Translations under genes and position numbers: made by a program
The notes under the pieces: model-generated
The model's input: the letters and a program-made list of their open reading frames with translations, nothing else
The model's database searches: none
What the model was told of the DNA's origin: nothing
Source: Lingula anatina
Lineage: Eukaryota > Animalia > Brachiopoda
Assembly: GCA_051362555.1 (NCBI GenBank)
Contig: CM120643.1
Location: 24,928,848-24,992,847 of the forward strand
Direction: 5' to 3'
Length of the DNA: 64,000 nucleotides
In this document: positions 46,501-60,426 of the stretch, one piece after another
Position numbering within the stretch: the first letter of the stretch is position 1
Layout of the letters: each line of letters starts with the position of its first letter

Positions 46501-49500
46501 TAAATTATGTGGTCTCCACTATATATGTCTCTGTTCACGAAGCCCTGCTGTCCTTGGTAGCCGCAGAGAGGACATTACTTTAAGATAACGAGTGAATAAT
46601 TTATGAAGCCGTTTATAAGTAAATGTGGCGAGTATAAAAGATGCCGACTGACAGTGACCAATGTTTTGACGTAATTATGGGCTACACACTGGCGGACATC
46701 AGATGAGATCCTTTTTTCTTCTTTTTTTTTCTGTCCTTTATTTCTTTTTTGCTACCTTCTTCATTGGCAATCATGGCTGTTTATTGGTGTGCTTGCCAGG
46801 TAATAATACAAACACTAAACCGAAGCATCAACAGCATCGTTGCTTCACTAACATGTATATAAGTTTTTAACAAATAGACGAAGAATACTGACAAAGTGTT
46901 ATCTAAAATTACTGTCAGGAGTGGAAACATTTACCATTCTTTGTATACACCCAGTCATGCGCCCCTCCACAGTGCTTCATTACAAGTTGATCCGCGTTGA
47001 AAGTTGACCCATTTAAAAGCGATGCAGCTAATCCCCTGATGGTCTCCCCACCTCCACCGGTGCCATCGCTGCAGGGGCCTAGCGAATAAACCTAGAAACC
47101 GAGATTTAATCCGTTTAATAGCGAGTGTGGAGAGCGGCTTGCTTTTAAGTGGGTCTACCATATGTATTCGGCGGATCAGTTAGTCCGCAGATCATCTGCC
47201 CTGAATGCGCTCCATGTCTCTTGTTTCATTAATAAAACGATATTGAACTCTTGTTTAAAAGAGCTCCCATTTCCCGTAATCAATTTTACGAGGTGATTAA
47301 ATGTACAAAGACCCTGCATCAGGTAATGGAATCAACTAGTCAAACCATAACCGCAATTGAGTCGTGACATAGTGGGGATACGTGTAAGTACTACGGACAT
47401 TCAATGAGCCCAGGTCTGAAGCCGTGGCGACATTAACATTCTGACAAATATTTAGAGCACTTGACCGCAGTTAAATCCGGCGAAAATTCAACACAAGCGT
47501 TTTAACACGCATTTTCAATACAGTTACTGTAGTAGTTTAGTCGGTGTTTATCATTATACTACGTTAACCAGCCTTTGGCAGAGGTTTTGCTCGATGTTTA
47601 TGTTAATAAACCAACAGAGAGAGACAGAGAGCGAGAGAGAGAATGATTTGAGATACTTTTAAAATCATTCTCTACTCTCTCTGAAGGCACAAATATACCG
47701 TCCCAGTCTGGTTCGCACCTCGGTTGTAGCAAAAAATACGTCCAAGTATACAGTCTAAATAACATTATACAGTATAAAGGTTTCTCAGTGCCGATACCAA
47801 TCTCTTTCTAAAACTTGCGTTGCAGATTTAATGGCAGAGGATAGGGGTTAATTAAAACGTAGGGGGAAAGGGGGGTACGATAGGAAGAGAGGCAGACAAC
47901 TTTTGCACACCAACTCTCACTGTCTGCAGTCTTACACTACCACAACTTTTACCTCGACAGCAGCAGGACTGCGCTGTTTCCTATCCCCATCCTCATTCTA
48001 GTTGATCTTTGCTTCAAGTTAACTTATCTGCCGCAAAAAATGTCTGCGCTGCCGCATCACTATCTACTCTGTAGACCGTGCTACTGCTACTGACGCTGAG
48101 TACAATACTGCCTGCGTCACGGTCACATCTAGGTTAATGCGCATGTACAAAACATAATTTCTATTAAATGCCACACTGCGGTCAAATGGCATGCTTATTA
48201 CATTTCAAAAATGTGGAATGTAATGTCACGAGAGAATTACAGACGCAGTGTCCGACGTGCGCCTGTGTATTTGTGTGCTAAAATCCGTATATATACGTGT
48301 GTGTGTGCGCGCATTCGCGTCCTTTTTTGTGAGCATATATATGCGAAAAAGAAACTTGTGATCGACATTTCGATTGTGTGCGTGCGTGTGACTACATTTC
48401 GTTGCCTTTTTGTGCATGTACATTTGGTATTTTAGTTTTTTTTGTGTGTGTGTGTGTGGAACGTTTTGTGAATGTTTCATGTGAATTTCATGTGGGCGTG
48501 TTTGGAGACCATTGTTTAGATATACGATGCATGTAAGTGCGTGTATATGTGTGTGCGCGCGCACAAAGACGCAAATCCCGTTGGTGCCAATATACAAAAA
48601 CAGTTACTGTGTATCACAAAATTGAGAGAATCTCTTACGAATTATAAACGAAATACGTCTTACTTTCTTGAAGGCCTCTTCATCCATCTGATTCTATGAT
48701 AAAGAAGTTCCCTGTTTAACGGTAAGCGTAAGTTACAGTGCACCCTGTATATATATAGTAAAGCACACTTGCACACCAGATTAAGGTGAAAAAGATTGAT
48801 GATATCATTTATCCTGAAGCAATTAGCTACAAAGAATATCAGTTCACCATACGAGTATCTGTTTCATCCAGGTCTTTTTATTCTGCATCACATCCATGCA
48901 GTATAGGGATATGTTTTGCTACTCATACGTACTTGACATGAAAGTGTTCAGAAAAGAAGCATTTACCCAATGAACTTGTACTATTAAGAATAGTTAAAGT
49001 GCTTTTTTCTCAATATTTACATTTCTAAAGGGAAACTTAATATCTTTCGAAACTAAACATGCACGTCGTTAAGGTCATTAAAGTCATACACAGTCGCTGT
49101 GGAATGGCTTCTTCGGTCAAACTTTGTTTATGATTTCTAGAATACGAAAAAGATTTTGGTAGGTAGCTTATTTTTGTACTCCTTGGTCAGTAATGGGTTA
49201 TTGGGCACGTGTATTTATACCCCTTTCCAGCAAACTCTCGGACCACACGCAACCTAATCTGTGATTTTTTCCTTTGAATGTCATTCCATCTAGTCTGCTT
49301 TTTTTTAGTTTTTAATTTGGATCTATTTAACTGTTTGAAACACGTCAAACCGTATCAACCGCAAGGTGTGAGTAAATGAAATTTATCAAGCGACCTGCAG
49401 AAAGTTTATTTAGGGAAATTCGACTTAAGCTATTCATTATCTGTTGACCGTAGTGTGCAGTGGTTTTTCAAAGCAACAAAACTCGGCATCTAGGCTTACT

Positions 49501-52500
49501 GCCACGAACAGAAGACAAACAAAAGTGCATCCGGGCATACCAGACAAACAGAAGTTGTTACACATGTATCAGCTGTATATGCAAATATTACTGGGAACAG
49601 GGCAACTACATACTTCCATCTGCTTTCAATTCCCGCGAGAACACACGAGATCAAATGATGGCAATGCTGTTTATGTTACGTGGCATGCTGTATGATGAAC
49701 CGTGGTTGCGTAAGATGTAAGATTGGGCGTTGTACAGTTTTATATATTATTCAGTACGGAGGGAGAAAGACGTTCACGTTCACGTTTTTAATACCTTTTT
49801 TAATTCCCTAAATCCGCTATTGAATTGCGTATCTCAGATATTTACATAATGTGCAATGTAGCCAAAGAATCATATATCCTTTTTTAAAGACCATTCTCAA
49901 TTTTGAGAGGTGATGTGACGGGGTTTTTTTTTTTTTTCATTCAATCAGCAGGATATCACCCAAAACCGATTTTAAAAACTCAAGGTACACAAAGACTTAC
50001 ACAAAATAAAAACGTTAGAATGAAGTCTTCTTGTGGTTCGTACTGTCAGTGTCAGTTACGAAACAGCACGCTTTTAACCCCTGTAAGACGTTTTTTTGCG
50101 GGGCAATCCTTTTGAATGCCAAACAGAAGTCGGCGTCAGATAAGTCGGTGCGATATTCTGCCTGGCTAGTCGGCTTGATTGGTGTAGCCTGCCATGTTTC
50201 CTTACAAACAGTTCTACACTTTCATCAATTCGAGCCTCGTTCAGTCAATAATTATTATGCATTACACCTCACCGTTTTCCAGTTAAATTTAAATAAAAAT
50301 AAAGGAGTAAGGAGGTCATCTATATATTCTACATGCGCTTTGATAGATAACCTTTATACGCTTATATTTTTGTCATATATCCCTTCCCCCATTTTTTTAT
50401 CAAATAAACCCTTCTATCATTTTCTTTGTTTTGTCTTTTCTCAGAGCAGGGTATCAGACTGGGGTCATGTTTTGACCGATTTTCCAGGTTAGTTTTCGGT
50501 TAGTTTTCACAGATAATCACCCTAAACATTGCGAGCGCGAGAGAACGTAACATTTGCAACTACCGGGTTTAGATAAAAACGAGTTAGCAACAAGTGACAA
50601 AAAAGGATCCTGCAGGAGGAAAGTCTGTCGTTCTATTTCTTCTATTTCCTCCTTCCCCTTGGTTTTCCTACTCACAAAAACATAAAAAGAGCAGAGAAAG
50701 TAAGAAGCGTCTGAACCTACAGGGTGACATCTCTATATTTTTTTCTTAACTACGCACAGAATTGGAAATTTAAATTTGATTGAAAAAATGCAATTTGCAT
50801 GTATAAATATATAGGGACGCCTTTTATCCTATACACAACTTCACTTTAAACCCTGCTTTGGACATTGTGTGTAAATTGATGGCATACTAGTTTTACAGAA
50901 ACATTTAGATATATTAACTTCCTGAAATACAACCAGGCGCTGTCATTGGTGAAAAACGCCGATAAAGGCCTTATACAAACACCGGTTAATTCGTCGAAAA
51001 CACAGACACCAGAGAGCCGAAATCTTAACAGGTGCTGACTGCCAGGAGGCAATTGGCTTAATATATATGTATTTAACAGCCGCATGAAACTACACAGAGA
51101 CAAGTAGAGAGAGCAGCAAATGTAAATTGTTTCCTTTGAAAATCATTTCCGTGCGTCAGGAATGCTGCACTCCCAGAAAAAAGTCGTACAAAGGCCATTC
51201 CTAGAATATACCGTGAAATGATTCTAACGATGAACGGCACCAGAACTGATTTGTTTATTTAAGTCAACCAAATGGTTCAATCAAATTGTAAAAAATTATC
51301 AGTACACCCTATGCTCATATTTCCCCTGTAAGTCATGTCAACCAAATAATTCTATCAAATTGTAAAAGATTATCTGTGCATCACATATACTCAAATTCTA
51401 CTGACATTTTACTGCCAGACAATATTCGAATGGCATCATCAGGTTGAAGACGTCTAACCGTTAGATGATGCAGGGTCACAGTTCGCAGAAAACAAACTTA
51501 GAACTAAGAATGATCTTTTTGTTGTTATCCTAGTAGCGTAGTACTTACAAATTGTGTCTAACCGCTCTTTTCAATGTTGCACCTCATGACATCGACCAGA
51601 GAGTGAGAGATTCAGTCTCGTCTTACTGAAAGTTGGTCTAAGATGCCAAATCACATATGGTTGTCTATTTGGTAATTTTAGTCATAATATTGACAAAGAG
51701 TGATTAACGCGACGGGAAATCCAAGTAAAGATATATAGTGGTTAATCGCATGCGTAGTATCTCACGTGAGATAACAAGTCGCCCGGAAAGTATTAATATA
51801 ATTCCTAGTAAAGATATACATTCTCTGATATTCTCTGAATAGTTGTGCGTCACGTTAATAAATGTTTTCAACATAGGGAGCAGGCTCGTGCATTATTTGT
51901 TTCTATACATTTATCTTGCTTACAGTGCTTACAGTATGATGCTACCGTCCGACCCCCTTGCTGTGAGCAGTTGACTCGGCTTTAAGCTCGCACATGCCTG
52001 TACATAAAATACTTGATCTATGTGTGCAATGATGATGCCTATTTAAATATGCAACTTACTTGCTATTTGTGTAACGTTGTAGTTAGATGCAGTGAGATAT
52101 ATGTGTCCAAGATTTGATTGCATCTTATACGTAAAGGTGTATATCATTAAAGAATCACATTGCTTATATAATCACATATATAATCTATCTCACGTGAGAA
52201 AATAAGTTGCCGGAAAGTATTATTTTAATTATCAAGAATGATATGTGAAAACTAAGTGAATATCAATACCTCTAAACGGCAAGTAAAGGGAAGGTATTGA
52301 AAAGTCCCAACAACCAAAAGAAAATCAATGGAAAGTGAGTACGGTGTATTACTCAATAACCCCAAAATACGCACATTTAGAAATTGGCCTTTAAAAGAAG
52401 TCCTTGTTTTAACTTTTTGATATCAACAAAGCTTGTTTATCAATACATCACAAGTCTTAAAGGTCAGAGCCCGTTAACTTGACCACAACCAGCGATAGCC

Positions 52501-52753
52501 CATGGGTTTCCTGCAGCACCCTACCATTGGTTGTAGCGAGTATGTCGAACGGCAGAGTTGAAGTACGTTCACACCAGGTTCAAGTTTAACCTCTGATTGA
52601 ACCACTCATCACGCATGGGATATATTTCAGCTACATAACTGTCCATTCTAAGTTGACTCTAACATCGCAATAGATCCAAATACTGTCCAGTGACCATGAT
52701 GAAATAAACGCTTGAATGTACCCCCCCCCCCTCACAATAGTCCTCAGTGTTAA

Positions 52754-52754
<1 letters not shown>

Positions 52755-52801
<47 letters not shown>
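52755..52801. repeat. (AAT)n microsatellite
   Basis: Direct reading. Confidence 0.95.
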
Positions 52802-52802
<1 letters not shown>

Positions 52803-55092
52803 TTTTAATGTTTTAACATTTCAACTTAAAAGTGGCCAACACAACAAACGATTAGGGGTAAATTAACAAGAATGGTTTGCATACACTGTACCCTCCCATC
52901 CCTACCCCACCCCCATCCCCACCCCCAGCCCCTGAGTGGGCCAAGCATTTGGTTTTACTTTATTGTTGGGTTCGATATAAGTATAAAAACATTTTTGTTA
53001 TAAACGTCCTGAACGCGGTCATATTTTCATCATCTCCCTAATATTAAGTCATAAAGAGCGTGCGGATAAGCAGCAATGATGACGTTCTTCGTGACACAAT
53101 CTGAGGACGCAGAAATACACCATTTGGTGGATTTTGTGATGGAATGCCCCTCAAGTGCCAGGCGACTATAATTGAAGATGACTAATAAAAAAAAGAAGAG
53201 TAAAATTATAAGCACATAATCATTGCTTGCTAAGAGTAAATGAATGGGAAACCCTGAGGTTTAGATCAGCTGAATTAATCCTCGTTTTGTATAAACCCTC
53301 TGAAATGATCGAGTTCAAGTGGACCGAAAATATGCTCGTAGATAAAACATCATCCTCAAGAATCTAAAGCTCAGTAGACCAAAAAGGTACAAAAGGTTTG
53401 AGTGAAAAATATGCCGTGGACAGATAATATAGGCCTTACATTTTCAATTTGGTAATTGAAAGTTAGTTTCATGCATGACGTTATCAAACATAGAAATCGA
53501 ATGAATCAATGCTCTTTTGATCACAATACAACATCCTTTGTTGTAATACACATATATTTACCAGTGACATCCTCACCCATTCAATTTATGTCACGAAGCT
53601 GTGTTATGTTCACTGTAGCAGTGTTATTAAAATTCAGCAAGGCAGATGAACGTGTTGACTAAGATTCTAGACAGCCTGCCATGTCGTGTCACCGGCGGAT
53701 CAAGGATTTCAAATTGGGAAGCAAAAAAAAGGCCCAGGCCCCGCCGTCTCTTTCACCTTAATCTACCTATGCTGAACTTACAAGCTCTCTCTCTATCTCT
53801 CTCTCTCTCTCTCCATAGATGCGCTCTTACATATTTGCCTAGATTCAACGTCGCTTTTAATAGCATGTGGTTTTACATATTACAACGAAATCAGTATGCT
53901 AGGGCTATAGTCTCTTTTTTTCGATTAAAAGTAACATAAATCACAAAAATTAATACAGCTTGCTCGAAACACTTGACAAAACCATAACTCGTTTTACTTC
54001 TTTCCGTTGCCAGGGGAACTGTACTGACCCATTTTGAATTTCACACGTAATTTTTATAGGAAAACCAGGAAATCAATATCCACATAATGCTCTCATACCA
54101 ATCAATTGTTCTCTTAATTAAGATAAAACTGTGTTTGAATTATGTGAGTTTCATTAACCTTATTGGCCAATCGCCTAATTTTTCAGTCGGCTTTGTTGTT
54201 GTGTCCGACCGCTGATAAATATATGTTGTTTCTCAATTTAGTATTAGCAGTTTTCGGGTGTATAATATGGAATAGAGAATTGCAGACTGACGCCGAGTAT
54301 ATACATGTATAAAAGAGAGTTCAAAGTTACGACTCTCTGTGACAAATCTTTTTCTGGAATCGAGTCTTCTGCCAGACGATCGATGTACTGGTATGACAGG
54401 TCTAAATCCTCCTAAGTTACTTATACGACAATAACAGTGCACTGCCTGAAATCGTTTTCCCGGTAAATCAGATAACAAAATAACAAGTGTGAGGAAATCG
54501 TGATTGAGCCAATTATTTTGTGAAGTGATATTTGGATAGTGAAGTCTGTCAGAACAACAACATTTCACGCGGTGAGAAAATATCTGTAAGCTATCGGCGT
54601 TTAAATAAAATTAGGTTTCGCCGAAGTCAAGATCGTGAAACCCAAGAAAGAGGAAGATCTTTCAGTTTTAAAACTAAAAACCGTAATTCGTAGTGATCTG
54701 AGTGATTATCAAAATAGCGGCGGTGGTTAAAGAAGGTGACCGAGTAGACGCCAAAGTTGCTACTTGGCCTTATACTAGAATATTTCTGACATTGAAAATA
54801 CTCACTTCTGTGTTGTAGAGATACATATTAAAGAACAGGTTGTATACATATAAGTCTATGTCATGTTTCTGCTGGGTCACCTTTCTTTAATCCCTTCCGC
54901 CTATTCCTACATTAACTTATTCAAAATTTAAAACACTGTAGTCAAAATTAAAGAGGTTTCTCCATTTAGTGCGTACGTTATAAGCAATAGACTTATATCT
55001 GAAACAAAAGGATACAAGGTTAAAACGATTTTCTGCAAATGACTGGAATTTGCATCATTGCACTCACCTGTCGGTCTGTCTTATTGTTTTAT

Positions 55093-55148
55093 TGTCTGCC
55101 TGTCTGTCTGCCTGTCTGCCTGTCTGTGTGTCCTAATGTATGGCTTTA

Positions 55149-55184
<36 letters not shown>

Positions 55185-55325
55185 CTAATGTATGGCTTCA
55201 TGTCTGTCTGTCTGTCTGGCTGTCTGTTTGCCAGTTCGACTACTGATGTCCATCTACCCGCATATCTATCTATCTATCATCTGGTATCTATCTCTCTACT
55301 GGTACCTATCTACGATCTATCTAGC
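55093..55325. repeat. (TGTC)n and (TATC)n tract with an internal duplication
   Basis: TGTCCTAATGTATGGCTT occurs twice within TGTC repeats, followed by TATC repeats. Confidence 0.85.
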
Positions 55326-56427
55326 ATATATTTACCGCTTCTGGAGATTGACGGCGAGGCAGCAGAGTTCTGGAAGTCATCCATCTTTGTCTGCTGCGCG
55401 ATCCGAACTTTTGATATCGAAATGCAGTTCAGTGCTTAGCTGGCTGCGTAATGAGGTCGCCCTATGACAAACGCGAAGATGTCACACCTGAATAATCCGG
55501 AGACATTTCTTCTGCTGTATGCTATTTCCGCCTCTAAAGAAATACCAAAAGAATACGTCAAATCAACTAAAATTTGAAGTTTGAAATTTGCAGCAATTTT
55601 GAACGGTAGACCCACAATCTTTCTCGAAACCCCGTTTATGGTATATATATATATGAGTAACGCGCCTTCGAACTTTTACCTATATTTAGAGCTTTTATAT
55701 CTAGACTTAGAACTGTTATATACAGATCTGTATACTGTCAGCAACCACAATCACGTTTCTTGGAAAAGAAGCTGGGTTAATATCATTAGGCCTATGTAAC
55801 AGAAGAAAAGTTCGCGACGCATCTAACTTGGACCGGACTTAATGACTTAATGACGTCACAAGGCAACAGATTTGCTTGGTAGTCGACATGAATTTCCGCA
55901 ATGGGTGTCTCTGTATCACCATCTGTTTCTGGTGTTTTAGAAAACATTGTGGGTAATTTAACGTAATAAATTATATTTAACGAAACAAAATATATTTTGA
56001 CAATAAGAAATGTCCACAATACAAAACAAAAGATTGCACAATTATTACGGTTATCACTATCCTTCAACAGGCAAAGAAGCGCTGCAGAGATAAGTTTACA
56101 ACGTATCATTTGTTTTGAAAAATAAAAACAAATTGTTTAATGCCATGGTGTGAAATTGCTTTAAAAAGGAGACCACGCATTTTAGTGCAAATTAGATTAA
56201 TTTTCACGTTTGCGTTTCGGGCGTTCCAATTGTCAGTAAAGCACTTTCAAGATTATACCATGTATCGAACTGATTAATATGAACTGTGTTGAAGGAGCCG
56301 TTTAGAAATGATTGGGTGGGGGGGGGGGGGGGGTATGTGAAACTCTACAGTTGTATCCTGGTTGGTATTACCAAATCATATGTGTCATAGAGTTTCCTTG
56401 CGCCTTTCCATCTCGGCCCACAAGCAA

Positions 56428-56598
56428 CAGTCCCGTACCCAGCAATTTCAAAAGGAAGGGCTCTTTTTTTCGTGGAAAAGTGGGCCTTTTACCATGCAAC
56501 CTTTGGGTACTAAGATCACATTTTTACCCTGAGCAGATCTTTTCCCGACAAAAAGGGAGGTTCTTTCTTACTACCCGAGCCCCCTGGCTACTGGCCTG
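56428..56598. mobile_element. Decayed MITE with CAGGCCCGTA-type termini
   Basis: CAGTCCCGTACCCAG ... CTGGCTACTGGCCTG; no clear TSD. Confidence 0.45.
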
Positions 56599-59500
56599 AC
56601 AACTAACGCGCGCACACGTACTTCCCGTTTAACCCAGAGATAACTTCAGTAATATACAGCTTACAAAGTGGGAGTTGCAATTAGGCGTCTGGCGTTGTAA
56701 CTAATAAGAGTTTTGTTAATATTTAGCTGAAAGCGGCTTTGGAAATCCGGAGAGGGATTTTCAACCCAGGGTAGAATAACATAATCTTAACGTAAGGTAT
56801 TCAGTGCCAATGAACATAATATGCACAGCTTGGCAATCGCCACTTTCTATATTGATGTTGCCATTGTTAAATCTACCGCTCAAACAAAACATTGAAATAT
56901 TTCGATGATATGTCAAAGCTTTAATAGCTTGTTATTATGACCCTTTTGCAGCCTTGAGAACGAACGTGTTCACATATACTGGTCACTTTATTTGGCAATC
57001 CACGTGACATTTTGAGACGCTTCTCTTATTCTTCCCATTGTTAAATGGCATCGATATATATATATATATATCAATATATAACCCCCCCCTCTCCCCCAAC
57101 TTCCCAAGTTGCTGGTACGAGCCACGTCCAAGTAACCCTCACCATCTCCCCCTGTATATACCACCGGCCCCCAAAATCGACCTTTCTCCTGGTCTGCCCC
57201 CAACCCCCTCCCACCCACCCTGGTCCAACCGACCCGTTTAAATCCACACTGCATCGAGTTTTCACCATGTCCTACGTAACGGAGAAATACAATCCTGTTA
57301 TTATAATGTCAAACTGCAAACTGGCGACCGAGTAATTTTAAAGATAATTATTACTAATGAATGGGGGGCTACCTTCACGCTGTCTCATCCCGGCACCCTG
57401 GTAATATACATATTCTTGTACTAAACGCATACCATCAAGTATGTATTGATGCCATGTATGGATGGATGGATGGATGAGTGCATGGATCTGTGTGTGTGTG
57501 CGTGTATGTATGTATGTATGTATGTATGTATTTATGTGTCTGCGCACGTGTGTTTGTGTTTGCAGTATGTACACATGCTTCGGACTATTGCATAAGATTT
57601 TTCAGTCTTTTTTTTCGTGGGTTCAGTATAAGTCTATATTATGCCTTTTCATTTTTTCCTCAAACTTTAGCCTACTCTTAGTAGCCTGTCTTACATGAAT
57701 ACGTTGGCTGCCCATGTAAGGCCTCTCACCCACCCACCCCTACCCCCACCTCACCCCTACCTCTCCCCCACCCCCACCCCACCATGTTTGTTAAGTAACA
57801 CTGCTGTATTATGTCATATCTCTTTAGACTCATCATCCTCTCATACATAATTATGAAACGCGGATGTTTAAGTATTTCATGTACACTCACTTGTATCACG
57901 TTTCCACTTATATCCCTTAACATACTACATCGTTGCTATTAATTTGTGAGCTCGAATAGAATTGTAGAAAAATCAGCTACAGAAATGAAAGTACGAACAT
58001 TTTTAAAGAAGCACCACTTAGCACTTGAGTTAGCAATGCAGATTGAGCCGGATCCTGTAGTGGCATATCCGTATCACATCGACGCCTAACAAACCATACC
58101 TTTTAAGATATTTGACCCCGCCTTTAAAGTTCATTCATTCTTTCACATACCATTATTCAATGCAGCGCAATACCGCAAAGTATTGTTATGGGATGTAGAC
58201 TTACGTTAACACTGCAAAGCATATCCCTGTGCCGGTCGGTAAATTCAACTGGTAAATTCTTCAATAAGATCCTGTAGCAATCACGAGTTGTAATTTGTAA
58301 TTCTATAAAAACAAATTGTCTGCTTGTCCTTCGCTGCTCACTGGCAAGTCGTTGTGGATACCCCCTTGAGTAAATTATGTAGGCTACATGGGAAATATAG
58401 TTGCAGCAATCGGGGGACCTGTTAGGTATTCAATATATTACAAACGTCCCGAAGTCACGTGCAACAGGGGGATAAGTAACCCCGATTGATATTTCTGAGG
58501 CGATATTTTCAGGAATGCAGGTCGGCCTAAAAAGTTTAGATCTTCACCGTTGATCCCGCAGAGAACTTGGCTCTCGGTTTCCCCGCTCCCTGCTCTCGCT
58601 TTGCCTCAGGTGAATAGGTCGTGTAACCGCGTTGTCGTCTGGCTACCTGAGTATTCTCAACGCTCCGTCCCAACTCCGACGGCTACGTGTTGTAAGTTTA
58701 TACACACACGAACGACGCCTTACGTGTGTATAGCTCGGGCATTTAATAGTCTTCCTGGCATCCACACCCACACGAGCGTTGTCTGCCCTCGAAGATTGGA
58801 CAATAACATATATTTTGCTAATCAGCATTGACATAATACGTGACACCAAGACGACATTGTCCCACGGGTTCTTCTAATATCGTGGTTGAGCGAATGACAA
58901 TGGTAAGACTACCTTGGTTCTTCGGCGTCTTAATCGTACAGGTATTAACAAGCTAGTGCGTCACCATTCACTCGCTGTAATCCAAAGCTCATATTTACTC
59001 TCTCTATGAGGAGAGTAAGTTTATCAATGTCTTTCCTTTCATCGCGATATCCCACAGTTTATGCCTTACGTCCTGCGAATCCAGCTAAACAAACGAAAAC
59101 ATGAGCTCCCCTCTCCCCTCCCCTCCCCAATATATTCTGAAGGAGTTTGGATGGAACTGAACTTGATCGTTTTTCTATCGAGCTCGTAGTTGCACCCTAG
59201 ATGTGATAGTAACCTCAAACTACGGACACATATTGCATTACTTTCTACAAATTACACCTTGCATTAACTTGGCGTGTGGTAATTAGTACGGGTATATTCC
59301 GCTTAGGGGCAAATCCTACAGGTGAATACTGAAACGATTTTGCAGTGCCTCTTTTAAAAAGACTGAAAATTGTAGAATGTCCCGAATGTCTCAAGTCCAC
59401 CTTCAGGGAATATCCCTTTGATGGAAACTATTTAGGCCTTTTATTTGTAAACTATCTCTGTTTGCTGAATTCAGTGATGTGCAGCAGTAAGCTGGATTTC

Positions 59501-60393
59501 AGAGCAGAATATAGCAAGCAAGTAAATTCTTCCTTAGTGGGGCTTGCACTGAATGCAGCAGATTGTACCACTTGATTTAGAATAAAAAAAATGAAAACAA
59601 GTATTTAGTAGTTCATGAAGAGATAGACGTCCCGCAAAGGGATGCTTTCCCCGCATCCAGCTGTAGCATTCATTACAGTGAGGTTCATCTCCAAATTATG
59701 ATGAATACTTTACAGCACCTGCTTTACGAAAGTTAAAAAATGTTTCAATGTGAGGGTACGAGAACTGGTGGCCATATTGACTACTCCAAGTTGCCCAAAG
59801 TTGCCAAAGTCTCAACCAAGCTCATTTTATTCTTGGGCCCCTGAATTAAAAAAATGATACAGTAAACGCCATTTCTAGGCTCCGACATATTGCCCGAACT
59901 ATATAGCAGATTGCCTCCTTGAATATTAACAATCATCTGTTTAAGTTTCTGGAGAAAAATAGATTAAAATAGAAACTGCAAATTGAAAAAAAAAAAAAAA
60001 AACACTGCTGAGGAATTTACGATGAATCCACGTCTGGAAACAGAATGATCACTTGTAATCAACTCATTCCACGGTTAATAGCTGATAAACACTGATGTTC
60101 ATGGATCGCTTCTTAGGGGAGCTTTCAAAAGCTAAGTGAAATTAATTTGCTCAGTTCACTTCTAATTATTGGAGTACTATTTTTATACGAATCCTATCTC
60201 CGCACCAGAGACGTACTACTATACATGTATTACGGTCTTTTTGGTCTTTTTTGTCTTCAGTCTTCATATTTTGTAAATTTTCGTTTCTCAGCGACATGTT
60301 GAATCCTTTTAGAGAAACTGAATTAGAAAGTTCGTTATTACGAAAAAGAAAAATGCAACAAATGGCCCCGAACACATAAACACAAACACCCAT

Positions 60394-60426
<33 letters not shown>

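Noticed and set aside
50031-50492. 153-aa plus-strand ORF
   Set aside because: Non-ATG start, no motif or splice support; likely chance.
54340-54415. Possible third copy of the CAGGGGCGGAT MITE
   Set aside because: Similarity is limited to a short patch and no TIRs are recognisable.
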